A model generated the notes under the pieces. That model had not been told where the DNA came from. It saw only the letters and a program-made list of their open reading frames with translations, and did not search any database. Shown here piece after piece: positions 1-9,964 of a DNA stretch of 64,000 nucleotides. Position 1 is the stretch's first letter, and the number at the start of each line of letters is the position of its first letter. The translations under genes were made by a program, and so were the position numbers. Source of the stretch: a bacterium (GTDB lineage: Bacteria > Patescibacteriota > Dojkabacteria > JAKAPS01 > JAJZLI01); contig JAJYWX010000003.1 in the NCBI GenBank assembly GCA_021791275.1, positions 29,641-93,640 of the forward strand, in the 5' to 3' direction.

Positions 1-131
1 TGTACTGATTCACAAGAGACTCAACTTTATAGTTATATGAATCTATATTATTCATAAGATAAAGTTGCCCAGCTACTAATATAAACAACATGAATATTAG
101 TAGGACTAAAATTTTATTTGATTTTTTAATA
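1..131 (-). CDS. N-terminal fragment of a small FtsL-like membrane protein (truncated by window edge)
   Basis: ATG at 131..129 lies directly after the rsmH stop. Translation is MKRNNIKKSNKILVLLIFMLFILVAGQLYLM..., a basic N-terminus followed by one TM helix, which is the expected ftsL position after mraZ-rsmH in dcw clusters. Partial and weak. Confidence 0.3.
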
Positions 132-1040
132 TTATTTCTTTTCATATACTCTCATTTTTGAAGATCTCGCTCTTCTATTTTTTTCTATTTCACCTTGATC
201 AGGTAAAATAGGTTTTTTATATAAAGATAAAAACTTATCACTATTTGAAAGAAAGTATTGTTTTACAATTCTGTCTTCTCCTGAATGAAAAGTTATAAAT
301 ATAACTCTACCACCAATATCTAGGATATCAGGCAACTGGAGCAGAGAATCCTTCAAAACGCCCAACTCATTGTTGACCTTGATCCTTAATGCCTGAAATA
401 TCCTAGATACATGGTGATAGAGATGAGCTTGCCCTTTTACACTTTTTCTAATAATTTCAACTAACTCTGAGGACTTTTCTATCTTTTTTATTTTCCTACT
501 TAAAACTATATTCCTAGCAATACTTTTTGAAAAAGGATCTTCAGAATAATTTTTAAATAATTCATAAAGTTCTTTTTCATATAATCCATTTAAGAGATCT
601 CGGGCAGTAACTTTCAAATTTTTATCCATTCTCATATCTAAAGGAGAATCTTTTATATAGCTAAACCCTTTTGAAGAATTATCTATTTGAAAGGATGAGA
701 CCCCTAAATCATAAACAATACCGGTAACATAATTTATATTTAAATCTTTTAACACCTCTTTAAGCTCTGAAAAATTTTTATTGTATAAATATACATTTAT
801 ATTTTTTAACTTACACTTACCATTTACCACTTTAACTTTATATCTTTTATAGATTTCTTTTTCGAAATTATCTATAGCATCAATATCAACATCAAGACAT
901 ATAACAGATCCTTTTTCCAAACTATCAATAATTTCAAAACTTACACCGCCACCTCCCAATGTTGCATCTACATATACACCTAAATTTTTTAAAGCAAGCT
1001 CACCTATTATATTTTGTAAAAGAACACTTTCATGATACAT
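132..1040 (-). CDS. rsmH: 16S rRNA (cytosine1402-N4)-methyltransferase RsmH (MraW)
   Basis: 302 aa. SAM-binding motif VYVDATLGGGG and full-length RsmH-like organisation, immediately downstream of mraZ. Confidence 0.9.
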   Translation of the reverse strand: MYHESVLLQNIIGELALKNLGVYVDATLGGGGVSFEIIDSLEKGSVICLDVDIDAIDNFEKEIYKRYKVKVVNGKCKLKNINVYLYNKNFSELKEVLKDLNINYVTGIVYDLGVSSFQIDNSSKGFSYIKDSPLDMRMDKNLKVTARDLLNGLYEKELYELFKNYSEDPFSKSIARNIVLSRKIKKIEKSSELVEIIRKSVKGQAHLYHHVSRIFQALRIKVNNELGVLKDSLLQLPDILDIGGRVIFITFHSGEDRIVKQYFLSNSDKFLSLYKKPILPDQGEIEKNRRARSSKMRVYEKK

Positions 1041-1473
1041 CTAACTTTGACAACTCATCCGCAATACTAGAACCCGAATCCCTTAGATATTTTTCCCTTT
1101 CTTTCCATCTAGATGTATCCCAAACCTCTATCCAGTTCACTAATCCTAAGAAAGATACATCAGAATTTAGCCCTGCATGTTCTGCCAAGGTTGGATTTAT
1201 AACAAACCTACCCTGATCATCCAACAAAACTTCAACAGCAGAACCAAGAATAAATCTTGATGTATCTCTAACATTTGTCATTGTAAAAGGACGAGAAACT
1301 ATACCTTTTATCATTTCCTCCCATTTATCGAAAGGTACTACTATCAAACACTCTTCATAACCTTTTGTAATAATTATTTTCTCTCCTATTTCTGATCTAA
1401 ACTTTTTTGGCATAGATACTCTATTTTTATCCTGTAGTTTTGATGTATATTCACCTATTAACATAAATTTCAA
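1030..1473 (-). CDS. mraZ: Transcriptional regulator MraZ
   Basis: Conserved N-terminus M(F/L)xGEY...LDxKxRVSMPKKFR and a duplicated domain. The true start is probably the MLIGEY methionine (about 1464). Precedes rsmH. Confidence 0.9.
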   Translation of the reverse strand: MKFMLIGEYTSKLQDKNRVSMPKKFRSEIGEKIIITKGYEECLIVVPFDKWEEMIKGIVSRPFTMTNVRDTSRFILGSAVEVLLDDQGRFVINPTLAEHAGLNSDVSFLGLVNWIEVWDTSRWKEREKYLRDSGSSIADELSKLDVS

Positions 1474-1481
1474 TAACTAAA

Positions 1482-1509
1482 TTAACCACCTTTCACCACT
1501 ATTCACCAC
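1482..1509 (-). promoter_or_regulatory. Three 10-bp-phased direct repeats GTGGT(G/T)AA, a candidate MraZ operator, just upstream of mraZ
   Basis: Plus strand reads TTAACCAC(1482-1489) TTCACCAC(1492-1499) TTCACCAC(1502-1509). On the coding strand this is GTGGTGAA-n2-GTGGTGAA-n2-GTGGTTAA, a GTGG-type repeat array with helical phasing, as described for MraZ boxes in other bacteria. Confidence 0.5.
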
Positions 1510-1673
1510 TCATTGCTCCCAATATAATATTTTATAAAATATTAGTCAATACTGTCCCTTATATATCTTATAGAAACAACGAAAAAGTGGATATAAAAAA
1601 AATAAAATATATAAACATTGATATTTATACTCAATAGATATAAACTTAAAAAATAATATTATAGATTATAATT

Positions 1674-2033
1674 ATGAACGGAAATAATGAATCAACATCC
1701 TTTGACCCTAGAATGGTCACAACATCTATATCATTAGATGGATTTATGGTAACTCAAAATTTGGGTATTGTTAAAGGTATAATTGTAAGGTCCAGAAGTA
1801 TTGTTGGAAATATCGGAGCTAGTATACAATCAATATTTGGAGGAAATATATCCATATATACAGCTATGTGTGAGAAGGCAAGAGATGACACATATAATCT
1901 TATGTGCAATCATGCACAATCATTAGGTGCAAATGCAATAATATCAGTAAGATATGATACCAATGAGATTGCTCCCGGTCTATCAGAAGTTCTTTGCTAT
2001 GGAACAGCAGTAATAGTCCAGAAGACAGCATAA
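1674..2033 (+). CDS. YbjQ/UPF0145 (DUF74) family protein
   Basis: 119 aa with the typical YbjQ pattern (ISLDGFMVTQNLGIVKGIIVRSRSIVGNIGA...ANAIISVRYD). Confidence 0.65.
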   Translation: MNGNNESTSFDPRMVTTSISLDGFMVTQNLGIVKGIIVRSRSIVGNIGASIQSIFGGNISIYTAMCEKARDDTYNLMCNHAQSLGANAIISVRYDTNEIAPGLSEVLCYGTAVIVQKTA

Positions 2034-2627
2034 ATGATAGTAGTAGATGTTGAAACAACCGGTATAAATCCTAAAAAAAATTCAATAGTAAGTATAGGTG
2101 CAATTAATTTTGATTCACCTAAAAATCAATTTTATACCGAATGCAAAATATTTGAAGGCGCTGAAATATCAGAAATTTCTTTAAAAGTTAATGGATTTTT
2201 AAAAAGTGATATAGATTCTGACAACGATACTAAAAAACCCTTAAGAGAATCTATAAATGAATTTTCATCTTGGGTACATGAGCAAAAGACAGAAAAAATA
2301 ATAGCGGGGCAAAATCCAGCATTTGATAGAGATTTTTTAATGCATTCATTTGAAAAATATCAAATGAATTTTCCTTTTACATTCAGAACCATTGATTTAA
2401 ATTCCTTATGTGCATTATATGTTCTAAAAAATAAAATAGATGTAAAAATTGACAAATTAAATACAAATACCATATATGAAATTTTAGGTATGCCTTCAGA
2501 ACCTAATCCCCATAATGCACTGACAGGAGCATTAATGGAGGCAGAAGCATTTTCAAGATTAATCTATGGAAAAAATATGTTTAATACTTTCAAAGACTAT
2601 CCTTTACCAAAATCACTCGTATCTTAG
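2034..2627 (+). CDS. DEDDh-type 3'-5' exonuclease domain protein (DnaQ-like)
   Basis: Exo I motif VVDVETTG, Exo II AGQNPAFDRDFL and Exo III HNALTGALMEAEAF. The ATG directly abuts the ybjQ stop (TAAATG). Confidence 0.7.
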   Translation: MIVVDVETTGINPKKNSIVSIGAINFDSPKNQFYTECKIFEGAEISEISLKVNGFLKSDIDSDNDTKKPLRESINEFSSWVHEQKTEKIIAGQNPAFDRDFLMHSFEKYQMNFPFTFRTIDLNSLCALYVLKNKIDVKIDKLNTNTIYEILGMPSEPNPHNALTGALMEAEAFSRLIYGKNMFNTFKDYPLPKSLVS

Positions 2628-4592
2628 CGCATCCACAGGATTTAAGTTTGAAGCCTTAGATGATGGATATATACCAGATAAAACACTTATTACAATTCCA
2701 AACAAGAATACTAACAAATAAAAGTATAAAGGCGATGAGAATAAAATAACTGAGGCTCCTCCTGAAGCTTTTATAAAGTATGCAATTATTACATTCAAAA
2801 TACTTATAAATATAATTCCGAATATAAGACCTATTAACCCTCCTATAATCCCAATAACTATTGTCTCAAATATAAACAGATTTCTAACATCCTTTTTTCT
2901 AGCCCCAATTGCTTTAAGTATTCCAATTTCTCGAGTTCTTTCAAGTATTTCCATAAGCATTATTACAAGAATCATTATTGCAGAAACTACTAAAGATATT
3001 CCCCCTACAATTGCCAATACACTGTCTATAATCAAAAATGGAGTATTTAAAGAAGATATTATGCTAGCAAGGGTTTCTACTCCATAACCTAAAGATGAAA
3101 TTTTTGAAGCTATACTGTTTACATTTGATGTATTATCAGACAAAACATCAATACCAGAAAATTTAACATTATTAGTTCCTTCTAAACTACCCAGAAAAGA
3201 TATTGATTGCTTATATGGGATAAATGATTGGTGTTGAGTAGTAATACCTATTACTTTTACTTTAAACTTTCCTGGTTTTTTAAAAAGTCCATTTGGATCA
3301 AATATAGAAACTCCTCCACCGATAGATATACTTATATACTTTCCTAAAAGACTTTTAGCGTTCTTTGTAAATTCCTTAGCATTTGCTAATGATAAAATAA
3401 TGCCTGAATTGGAATTTATGTTTCCATATTTCATGGAATTTTTAATATTACTTTCTATATATTTTTGAGGGGAAAGATTTGTAATATAAACATTTGTAGT
3501 CTTCCCTTCAAAAACTGCAGATGCAAAAAATGTACTTTCTCCCCATGCAGCTTTAACATTTTGAATTTTTTTAAATTTATCAATTGTACTATTATTTAAA
3601 ATTTTACTCTTTGAACTATTAGATGCTTTCGGAGAAAATGAAAACCCACTACTGTTCTTATTTGGAGAGACTGAAATAATATTAGCTGATATTATTGTTG
3701 AAAGTCCTTTAGATAAATTCTGTTTCAAACCAAACCCAAAAGATAAAAGTATAATAAGCATTGCAATACCAATAGCAATACCTAAAGATGTCATCAAATT
3801 CCTAAACTTATTTTGGAATATATTATTCATTGCTATTTTAAAAAGCTCTACATAATTTATATTATTAATCTTTCTCTCTTTTTTATCTAAGCTAATCTCT
3901 TCTTTAGTATCTTTTAATTTATCCTCAACCTTAATAATTTTCCCATCAAGGAAATGAATAATAAAGTTCGAATCTTTAACTAAATCTTCATTATGAGTTA
4001 CCATTAAAACACTCTTCCCTTCAGAAACAAGAAGATTTAGTATTTTCATAACTTCTTCTCCATTTTTTGAGTCTAGATTCCCAGTAGGCTCATCTGCCAA
4101 TATTATATCTGGATCATTAATAAGTGCCCTTGCTATTGCCACCCTTTGTTTTTCACCTCCAGATAGAGTAGATACCCTTGCATCCTTTTTTTGAGAAATA
4201 TTAAATTTTTTTAAAAGATCTAATGCTTTTTTTTGAGAATCTTTTCTACTTAAACCCGCAAAAAGCCCAGGAATCATTATATTTTCCAAAACGCTCAAAG
4301 ATTCAATAAGATGAAATGATTGGAATATAAAACCAATTTTATCTCTCCTGTAGTATGAGAGATCATTCATTCCAAGATTTGTTATATTAACTCCATCAAT
4401 AAGTATCTCCCCTTCATCAGGCCGATCCATACCACCTATAAGATGCATAAATGTACTTTTACCTGAACCTGATTGGCCTAAAACCCCTACTAATTGATTC
4501 TCGGGTATATCTATTGATACGTTAGATACTGCCGAAAAATAAGAGTTATCTCCTAATTTATATTTTTTTGATATACCTTTAACTTTAATCAT
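2613..4592 (-). CDS. Fused ABC transporter, MacB-like: N-terminal ATPase plus C-terminal FtsX-type permease with a large extracytoplasmic domain
   Basis: Walker A GQSGSGKST, signature LSGGEKQRVAIARAL and Walker B ILADEPTGNLD. The C-terminal half has 4 TM helices with a long loop and an FtsX-like final TM bundle. Confidence 0.8.
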   Translation of the reverse strand: MIKVKGISKKYKLGDNSYFSAVSNVSIDIPENQLVGVLGQSGSGKSTFMHLIGGMDRPDEGEILIDGVNITNLGMNDLSYYRRDKIGFIFQSFHLIESLSVLENIMIPGLFAGLSRKDSQKKALDLLKKFNISQKKDARVSTLSGGEKQRVAIARALINDPDIILADEPTGNLDSKNGEEVMKILNLLVSEGKSVLMVTHNEDLVKDSNFIIHFLDGKIIKVEDKLKDTKEEISLDKKERKINNINYVELFKIAMNNIFQNKFRNLMTSLGIAIGIAMLIILLSFGFGLKQNLSKGLSTIISANIISVSPNKNSSGFSFSPKASNSSKSKILNNSTIDKFKKIQNVKAAWGESTFFASAVFEGKTTNVYITNLSPQKYIESNIKNSMKYGNINSNSGIILSLANAKEFTKNAKSLLGKYISISIGGGVSIFDPNGLFKKPGKFKVKVIGITTQHQSFIPYKQSISFLGSLEGTNNVKFSGIDVLSDNTSNVNSIASKISSLGYGVETLASIISSLNTPFLIIDSVLAIVGGISLVVSAIMILVIMLMEILERTREIGILKAIGARKKDVRNLFIFETIVIGIIGGLIGLIFGIIFISILNVIIAYFIKASGGASVILFSSPLYFYLLVFLFGIVISVLSGIYPSSKASNLNPVDALRYE

Positions 4593-5032
4593 ACTGATCT
4601 ACTATTATCATAACTTTTAATCCCGAGGTAAGAAAAAATTAAACAAAATAAACCAACAAAAATAGTATCTATAATAATTGAAACAAAAAAAAGAATTATA
4701 TACTCTTGCTTAGATATATGAACAGATGATGATAATTTATAAGATCCATACCCTTTCGTTGCTATGAAATTTATTATTTCTGTTGATAGAAACGTTAGTG
4801 TAGAGACTATAAAAGAAAATGAATATATTTTTTTTAACTCATAACCTCTTTCTTTCAAAAATTTTGAAACATTATAAAAAAAGTAAAACGCAAATAATAT
4901 CGCTATTGTTGAGATAATTACAAGGTATGCTTCTTGAAATTTCAGTAAAATTAGAATTATATCTAATATGATAAAGACACCAAAGTAAATGAACGCTAAT
5001 TTTTTCCTAGAGAAATTTTTGAAAACTTCCAT
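4589..5032 (-). CDS. Hypothetical small polytopic membrane protein (4 TM)
   Basis: 147-aa ORF with hydrophobic helices. Its stop overlaps the start of the MacB-like gene (ATGA), suggesting co-translation. No recognisable motif. Confidence 0.4.
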   Translation of the reverse strand: MEVFKNFSRKKLAFIYFGVFIILDIILILLKFQEAYLVIISTIAILFAFYFFYNVSKFLKERGYELKKIYSFSFIVSTLTFLSTEIINFIATKGYGSYKLSSSVHISKQEYIILFFVSIIIDTIFVGLFCLIFSYLGIKSYDNSRSV

Positions 5033-5111
5033 TCAGTTTATATAACCTTCAGATATTGTAACCTAATAACTGTACTTATTCAAATTATTATTTTATTATC
5101 AAAATTATTAT

Positions 5112-5840
5112 ATGTATACTAACATTTTAAATTTAATATATTTAAATATTCTTTTTATAATATTACTTTTAGTATCAGAATTTGTATATAAAAAAATAGC
5201 AAATCAGAATGATAGGGTAAAAGAATATTTGAGAAAATCAGTACATATTATAACTAGCCTTCTATTTATCTATGCTACATTTACCCTTAACCAAACATTT
5301 TTCATAATATTAGTAGCAGAATCGCTAATCTCTGTCATAGCATCAAAATATATAAATGTATTTCACTCTCTTAATAAAACACGAGATAAAAAAAGTAATT
5401 TAGGTGGAGAATTATATGCAATAGCTTTAATTATAGTAGCAATAATTTTTTATAATAATTTAATATTAATAAGAGAAGCTCTTCTAGTAGTTGGACTATC
5501 TGATAGTATTGCTGCTGTTATAGGCATGAATATTCCATTGATAAGTTATAAAATTCTTAAAGATAATAAATCTATTATTGGATCTTTTACATTCTTTGTT
5601 ATAACTTTTTTAATTTTTATATTCTTTAAAAATGGCTTTATGATATCAATAATATCTTCTCTTTCTTTAGCTATAATAGAGTCGATATCTTCATATGGAT
5701 CAGATAATTTAACCCTTATACTTATTACCCCACTCCTATTAACATTGAATTTATATGATAATATTCTTGTACTTATAGCACTTGCTATAATATTTTTATC
5801 CTTATTCCCATTTAAAGAATATCACATTAAGAATAAATAG
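5112..5840 (+). CDS. Polytopic membrane protein, possibly CTP_transf_1 / dolichol(polyprenol)-kinase-like family
   Basis: 242 aa with about 7 TM helices and a C-terminal GLSDSIAAVIG motif reminiscent of the GDxxAxxVG motif of the dolichol kinase/CdsA superfamily. Weak. Confidence 0.3.
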   Translation: MYTNILNLIYLNILFIILLLVSEFVYKKIANQNDRVKEYLRKSVHIITSLLFIYATFTLNQTFFIILVAESLISVIASKYINVFHSLNKTRDKKSNLGGELYAIALIIVAIIFYNNLILIREALLVVGLSDSIAAVIGMNIPLISYKILKDNKSIIGSFTFFVITFLIFIFFKNGFMISIISSLSLAIIESISSYGSDNLTLILITPLLLTLNLYDNILVLIALAIIFLSLFPFKEYHIKNK

Positions 5841-7031
5841 AATTATTATCCAAGCAATCATACCTTCAATTTGGTTATGCAGCGTTAGAAGAGAATATCC
5901 ATGCTCATAAACTCCTCTCAAAGAATTTGCAAGATATGTAAGTGGAAAGAATTTAACAATATCTTGTAGCCATGAAGGAAAACTATTAACTGCAAAAAAT
6001 ACACCTGATAAGAATAACATTGGAAGAGTTATAAGATTTGCTAGAGGAAAAACAGTTTCTGTTTTGTTAGAAATTGTAGATATTAGTAATGCCAATGTAA
6101 CAAACATTAAGGATCCTAGTATTACTACAATTGCAAGATTTATAAACCCTAATATTCCACCCAATGGTACTACATGTATAAATACAGATGCTATTACTAT
6201 AAGAATTGCTACTTGAATTAAAGCAAAAATTAATCTTGTTAATGTTAGTGCAGCAATAAAATCAGATTTTGAAAGTGGAGTTACAGCTAATCTTCTTAAT
6301 ATTCCTAACTCCTTATAATTTACAATAATATTTATAACTGCAAAAATAACACCTTGCATTAATGATAGAGACAATATTCCTGGAACAAGAAAATCAAGAT
6401 AGTTATAACTTTTTCCATTACTACTTACTAATTCAGTCTTAAATTTGAAAGGAGAGAACTCAGTATTGAGACTATTTGATTTTAAAAGATTATATTTAAA
6501 ATTGGTAACAAATAAATCTGTCTCTAAAATATCTGAAGAAGTTTTATCAATATAGAATGAAACATTATAATTATTCAAGAAAGAGTAGTGCAAAAGCTTT
6601 ACGTTTGGAGTTAACCCTGATGTTGACTTTGATGCAGGTATCATAGTCCCCCCAGGGTTTATACTTACTGGTTTTGAATCTGGAGAAACAATAGGCCCTT
6701 GAGGATAAAGTCTTTTTGTTGAATTAGAAGTACTTACATCTATTAATAAATCATTATTACCATTTTTAACATTTTTTAAAGCTTTAGAAAAATTACTTAC
6801 TACTTTCACTGTACCGAAATTTTTCGAGTTCTTAATTATATTTTGTGCAAAACTTTTTGCCTGCTTTGAATAAATAAGTTCTATACTAATCTTAGGGGTA
6901 GAATTTGAATTATAAAGGCTAAATGCCAACATTATAGCTATAGGAAATATAAAAGAAGATATTATTGCAAATCTATTCCTAAAGGTCATCTTCAAACTTG
7001 CAATTGTAAATTTTATAATTCTGTTTATCAT
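5802..7031 (-). CDS. ABC-2 type transporter permease with large N-terminal extracytoplasmic domain
   Basis: 409 aa with an N-terminal TM, a loop of about 180 aa, then 5-6 TM helices typical of ABC-2 permeases. Directly downstream of the ABC ATPase. Confidence 0.7.
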   Translation of the reverse strand: MINRIIKFTIASLKMTFRNRFAIISSFIFPIAIMLAFSLYNSNSTPKISIELIYSKQAKSFAQNIIKNSKNFGTVKVVSNFSKALKNVKNGNNDLLIDVSTSNSTKRLYPQGPIVSPDSKPVSINPGGTMIPASKSTSGLTPNVKLLHYSFLNNYNVSFYIDKTSSDILETDLFVTNFKYNLLKSNSLNTEFSPFKFKTELVSSNGKSYNYLDFLVPGILSLSLMQGVIFAVINIIVNYKELGILRRLAVTPLSKSDFIAALTLTRLIFALIQVAILIVIASVFIHVVPLGGILGFINLAIVVILGSLMFVTLALLISTISNKTETVFPLANLITLPMLFLSGVFFAVNSFPSWLQDIVKFFPLTYLANSLRGVYEHGYSLLTLHNQIEGMIAWIIILFILNVIFFKWE

Positions 7032-7035
7032 AATA

Positions 7036-7791
7036 TTATTCTCTTAAATTTTTTCCTGTTAAGTCAATAAATACATCCTCTAGATTTGCTCTTTCATCTG
7101 CTATTACCTTTTTCTTAAAACCTTTTTTAATAAGTTCGTTTATTAAATTCTTAGGAGTATCCATTCTTAGTATTTTTCCATTATCCATTATTGCTACTCT
7201 ATCAGCTAAAGTTTCTGCTTCATCCATAAAATGGGTTGTCAAAATTATAGTTTTCCCTTTATCCTTTAAAGAAGAGACTATATCCCAAATATGTCTTCTT
7301 GACTGTGGATCTAAACCTGTTGTTGGTTCATCTAAAAATAAGACTTTCGGATTATTTATTAAAGCAAGGGCGATTGTAAATCTTTGCTTTTGTCCTCCAG
7401 ACATTTTTTTATAATATACATTTGCCTTATCATGCAATTCTACTTCTTCAAGAAATTCCATTGCATTTATTTTAAGACTAAAGAAGCTTGCAAATAAATT
7501 TAAAATCTCCTTAAGGCTTAAACTATCGAAAAAATTATTACTCTGGAGAGATACTCCTATTATTGACTGCAACTGATGATTATTTTGGGATACCTTAACA
7601 CCATCTATATATGCCTCACCTTCATCTATTTTCGTAATACCTTCAATCATCTCGACTGTAGTAGTTTTCCCTGCACCATTTGGGCCAAGCAGTCCAAATA
7701 TCTCACCCTTATCAACTGAAAATGAAACTCCATTAACTGCAACTAAATCTCCATAACGCTTTTTTATATCTTTAACTTCTATGATAGCCAC
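7036..7791 (-). CDS. ABC transporter ATP-binding protein (ABC-2 subfamily)
   Basis: Walker A GPNGAGKTT, signature MSGGQKQRFTIALAL and Walker B LFLDEPTTGLD. Confidence 0.85.
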   Translation of the reverse strand: MAIIEVKDIKKRYGDLVAVNGVSFSVDKGEIFGLLGPNGAGKTTTVEMIEGITKIDEGEAYIDGVKVSQNNHQLQSIIGVSLQSNNFFDSLSLKEILNLFASFFSLKINAMEFLEEVELHDKANVYYKKMSGGQKQRFTIALALINNPKVLFLDEPTTGLDPQSRRHIWDIVSSLKDKGKTIILTTHFMDEAETLADRVAIMDNGKILRMDTPKNLINELIKKGFKKKVIADERANLEDVFIDLTGKNLRE

Positions 7792-7800
7792 AAAAATATT

Positions 7801-8481
7801 CTACACATGAGATACCTCATTGTCAATTAAAAGAACACATACTATTTCTCCCTTAACATTTGTAATTTTTGAATAAAAATTGTAAATATCTTTTATATTT
7901 CCTCTCTTTATGTCTTCATGCATTTTAGAAATTTCCCTACATACACAGATATAAGATTCAGGGAAATTATCATTTAAGATTTTTAAAGTTTTTACTATTC
8001 TTTTTGGAGATTCAAAAAATATGGTACTAGTACCTCTGAATTTTGAAATATCAGATATAATTTTAGATTGTTTTTTTTGTAAAAATCCTATAAATACAAA
8101 ATTGTGAACTGGAAATGAAGAATATATTAATGAAGGAAGTATACTTGATGCCCCTGGTAAAACTTCCATTTTCAAATCTTGTTTGTTTATCTCTGATATT
8201 AATTTATAACCTGGGTCTGAGATTACTGGGTATCCTGCATCAGATACAATGCCTACAATTTTATTTTGTTTTATCTGTTCAATAATTTGAGGAATTAATT
8301 TTTTTTCATTCTGATCGACATACTTTTGTAGATTGACTCCTTCAATTCCAAGTTTAGTGAGCATATTACTTGTATGCCTTGGATCCTCACAATAAAGTAC
8401 ATCTAAACTTTTTATTACTTTGATTGTACGAAAAGTTATATCATCAAGATTTCCAATTGGAGTTGGTATTACATAAAACAT
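7801..8481 (-). CDS. rsmI: 16S rRNA (cytidine1402-2'-O)-methyltransferase RsmI (tetrapyrrole-methylase fold)
   Basis: N-terminus MFYVIPTPIGNLDDITFRTIKVIKSLDVLYCEDPRHT is the classic RsmI start. 226 aa, which is short for RsmI. Confidence 0.8.
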   Translation of the reverse strand: MFYVIPTPIGNLDDITFRTIKVIKSLDVLYCEDPRHTSNMLTKLGIEGVNLQKYVDQNEKKLIPQIIEQIKQNKIVGIVSDAGYPVISDPGYKLISEINKQDLKMEVLPGASSILPSLIYSSFPVHNFVFIGFLQKKQSKIISDISKFRGTSTIFFESPKRIVKTLKILNDNFPESYICVCREISKMHEDIKRGNIKDIYNFYSKITNVKGEIVCVLLIDNEVSHV

Positions 8482-9827
8482 TTATTTAAAATCTTTTTTA
8501 AATCTTTAATCTTGTGTCTTGTCTGTTTCATTGTATCCCTATCTCTTATTGTGACAGTATCATCATTAAGACTGAGGCTATCAACTGTTATACACTTACA
8601 CGTTCCAATTTCATCTTGTCTTCTATACCTTTTTCCAATAGATCCTCCATCATCATAAACACATCTGAAATCTAATTTAAGCTCTTTATAAATTTTATAT
8701 GCAATATCATCAATCTTATCTTTTTTCATTAGAGGAAATATTGCAACCTGATATGGGGATACTTTGTGAGATAATTTCAAAAATATTCTCTCTTCTCCTG
8801 CGACCTCATCTTTTGAATATGAGTCACAAAGAAGTGCCAAGAAAAGTCTATCTAAACCAAAAGATGGCTCTATAACAAAAGGTATATATCTATCTTTTGT
8901 GTTTTCATCTAGAATTGATAATTCTTTCCCTGAAAATTCTGAGTGTCTTTTTAAATCATAATCTCCTCTATTAGCAAGTCCAGAAAGTTCTTTAAAACCA
9001 AAAGGAAAATTAAAGTATACATCTACGGTCCTTTTTGAATAATGAGCTCTTTCATTTTCATCTATTTCAACATACTTTAAATTCTCATCTTTAATTCCAA
9101 TATATTGATACCACTTTTTAATATAACTTAGCCAATCTTCAAAAAATTCCATATCTTTTCCCTCTCTTACGAAGTATTCAAGCTCCATTATCTCTGGTTC
9201 TAATATCCTAAATATAAAATTACCTGCAGTTATTTCATTCCTAAAAGATTTTCCAATCTGGGCAACACCAAAAGGAATTTTTACTCTATTACTTTTGATT
9301 ATATTATCAAAATTTATGAATATCCCTTGAGCTGTTTCTGGTCTTAAAAATAAATTTTGAGAATTATCTTCATTTTCTATTGGGCCAATTTTAGTCTGAA
9401 ACATTAAGTTATAATATCTAACTTCAGTTAACTCTCCACCACAATTAGGACACTTTATTTTATTATCTTTCAAAAGTTTGGTCATATCTTTTGTAGATAG
9501 ACCTTCAACCTTTATTTTGAGAATCTCTTCCAATAGATGATCTGCCCTAAATCTTTTTTTACAAGATAAACAATCTGTCATAGGATCTGTAAAATTTTCT
9601 AGATGCCCAGATGCCTTCCAAACCATAGGATTTAGGAGTATTGCACTATCTATTAAAAGCATATCTTCTCTAAGATTAACAAAGAATTTTATCCATTCAT
9701 TCTTTATGTTGTTCTTCATAAGAGTTCCAATAGGCCCATAATCCCATGTATTTGCAAGTCCTCCATATATTTCTGATGAAGGATATACAAACCCTCTTCT
9801 TTTAGACAAAGACACTATTTCATCCAT
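8469..9827 (-). CDS. glyQS: Glycine--tRNA ligase (dimeric class II GlyQS type)
   Basis: N-terminus RGFVYPSSEIYGGLANTWDYGPIG, class II motifs and a Cys-cluster insertion (CLSCKK...CPNCGG). Confidence 0.9.
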   Translation of the reverse strand: MDEIVSLSKRRGFVYPSSEIYGGLANTWDYGPIGTLMKNNIKNEWIKFFVNLREDMLLIDSAILLNPMVWKASGHLENFTDPMTDCLSCKKRFRADHLLEEILKIKVEGLSTKDMTKLLKDNKIKCPNCGGELTEVRYYNLMFQTKIGPIENEDNSQNLFLRPETAQGIFINFDNIIKSNRVKIPFGVAQIGKSFRNEITAGNFIFRILEPEIMELEYFVREGKDMEFFEDWLSYIKKWYQYIGIKDENLKYVEIDENERAHYSKRTVDVYFNFPFGFKELSGLANRGDYDLKRHSEFSGKELSILDENTKDRYIPFVIEPSFGLDRLFLALLCDSYSKDEVAGEERIFLKLSHKVSPYQVAIFPLMKKDKIDDIAYKIYKELKLDFRCVYDDGGSIGKRYRRQDEIGTCKCITVDSLSLNDDTVTIRDRDTMKQTRHKIKDLKKILNKCFM

Positions 9828-9897
9828 AATACAATTGTACTTTATTTATAGAAAATAAAGCAAATAATATTTATATGATAATTAATTTTGGCTATAC

Positions 9898-9926
9898 TTG
9901 ACATAATATTTTTATATGTTAATATA
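9898..9926 (+). promoter_or_regulatory. Sigma70-like promoter candidate for the RND gene (TTGACA, 16-17 nt spacer, TAATAT)
   Basis: TTGACA at 9898-9903 and TAATAT at 9920-9925, in the divergent glyQS/RND intergenic region. Such matches are common by chance in AT-rich DNA. Confidence 0.3.
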
Positions 9927-9964
9927 TGTAGGTTACCTAATTATTTGCAAACCTAAATATTTTT

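Noticed and set aside
959-1216. 85-aa plus-strand ORF overlapping the rsmH/mraZ junction
   Set aside because: It lies antisense to two strongly supported genes and is low-complexity, so it is a spurious shadow ORF.
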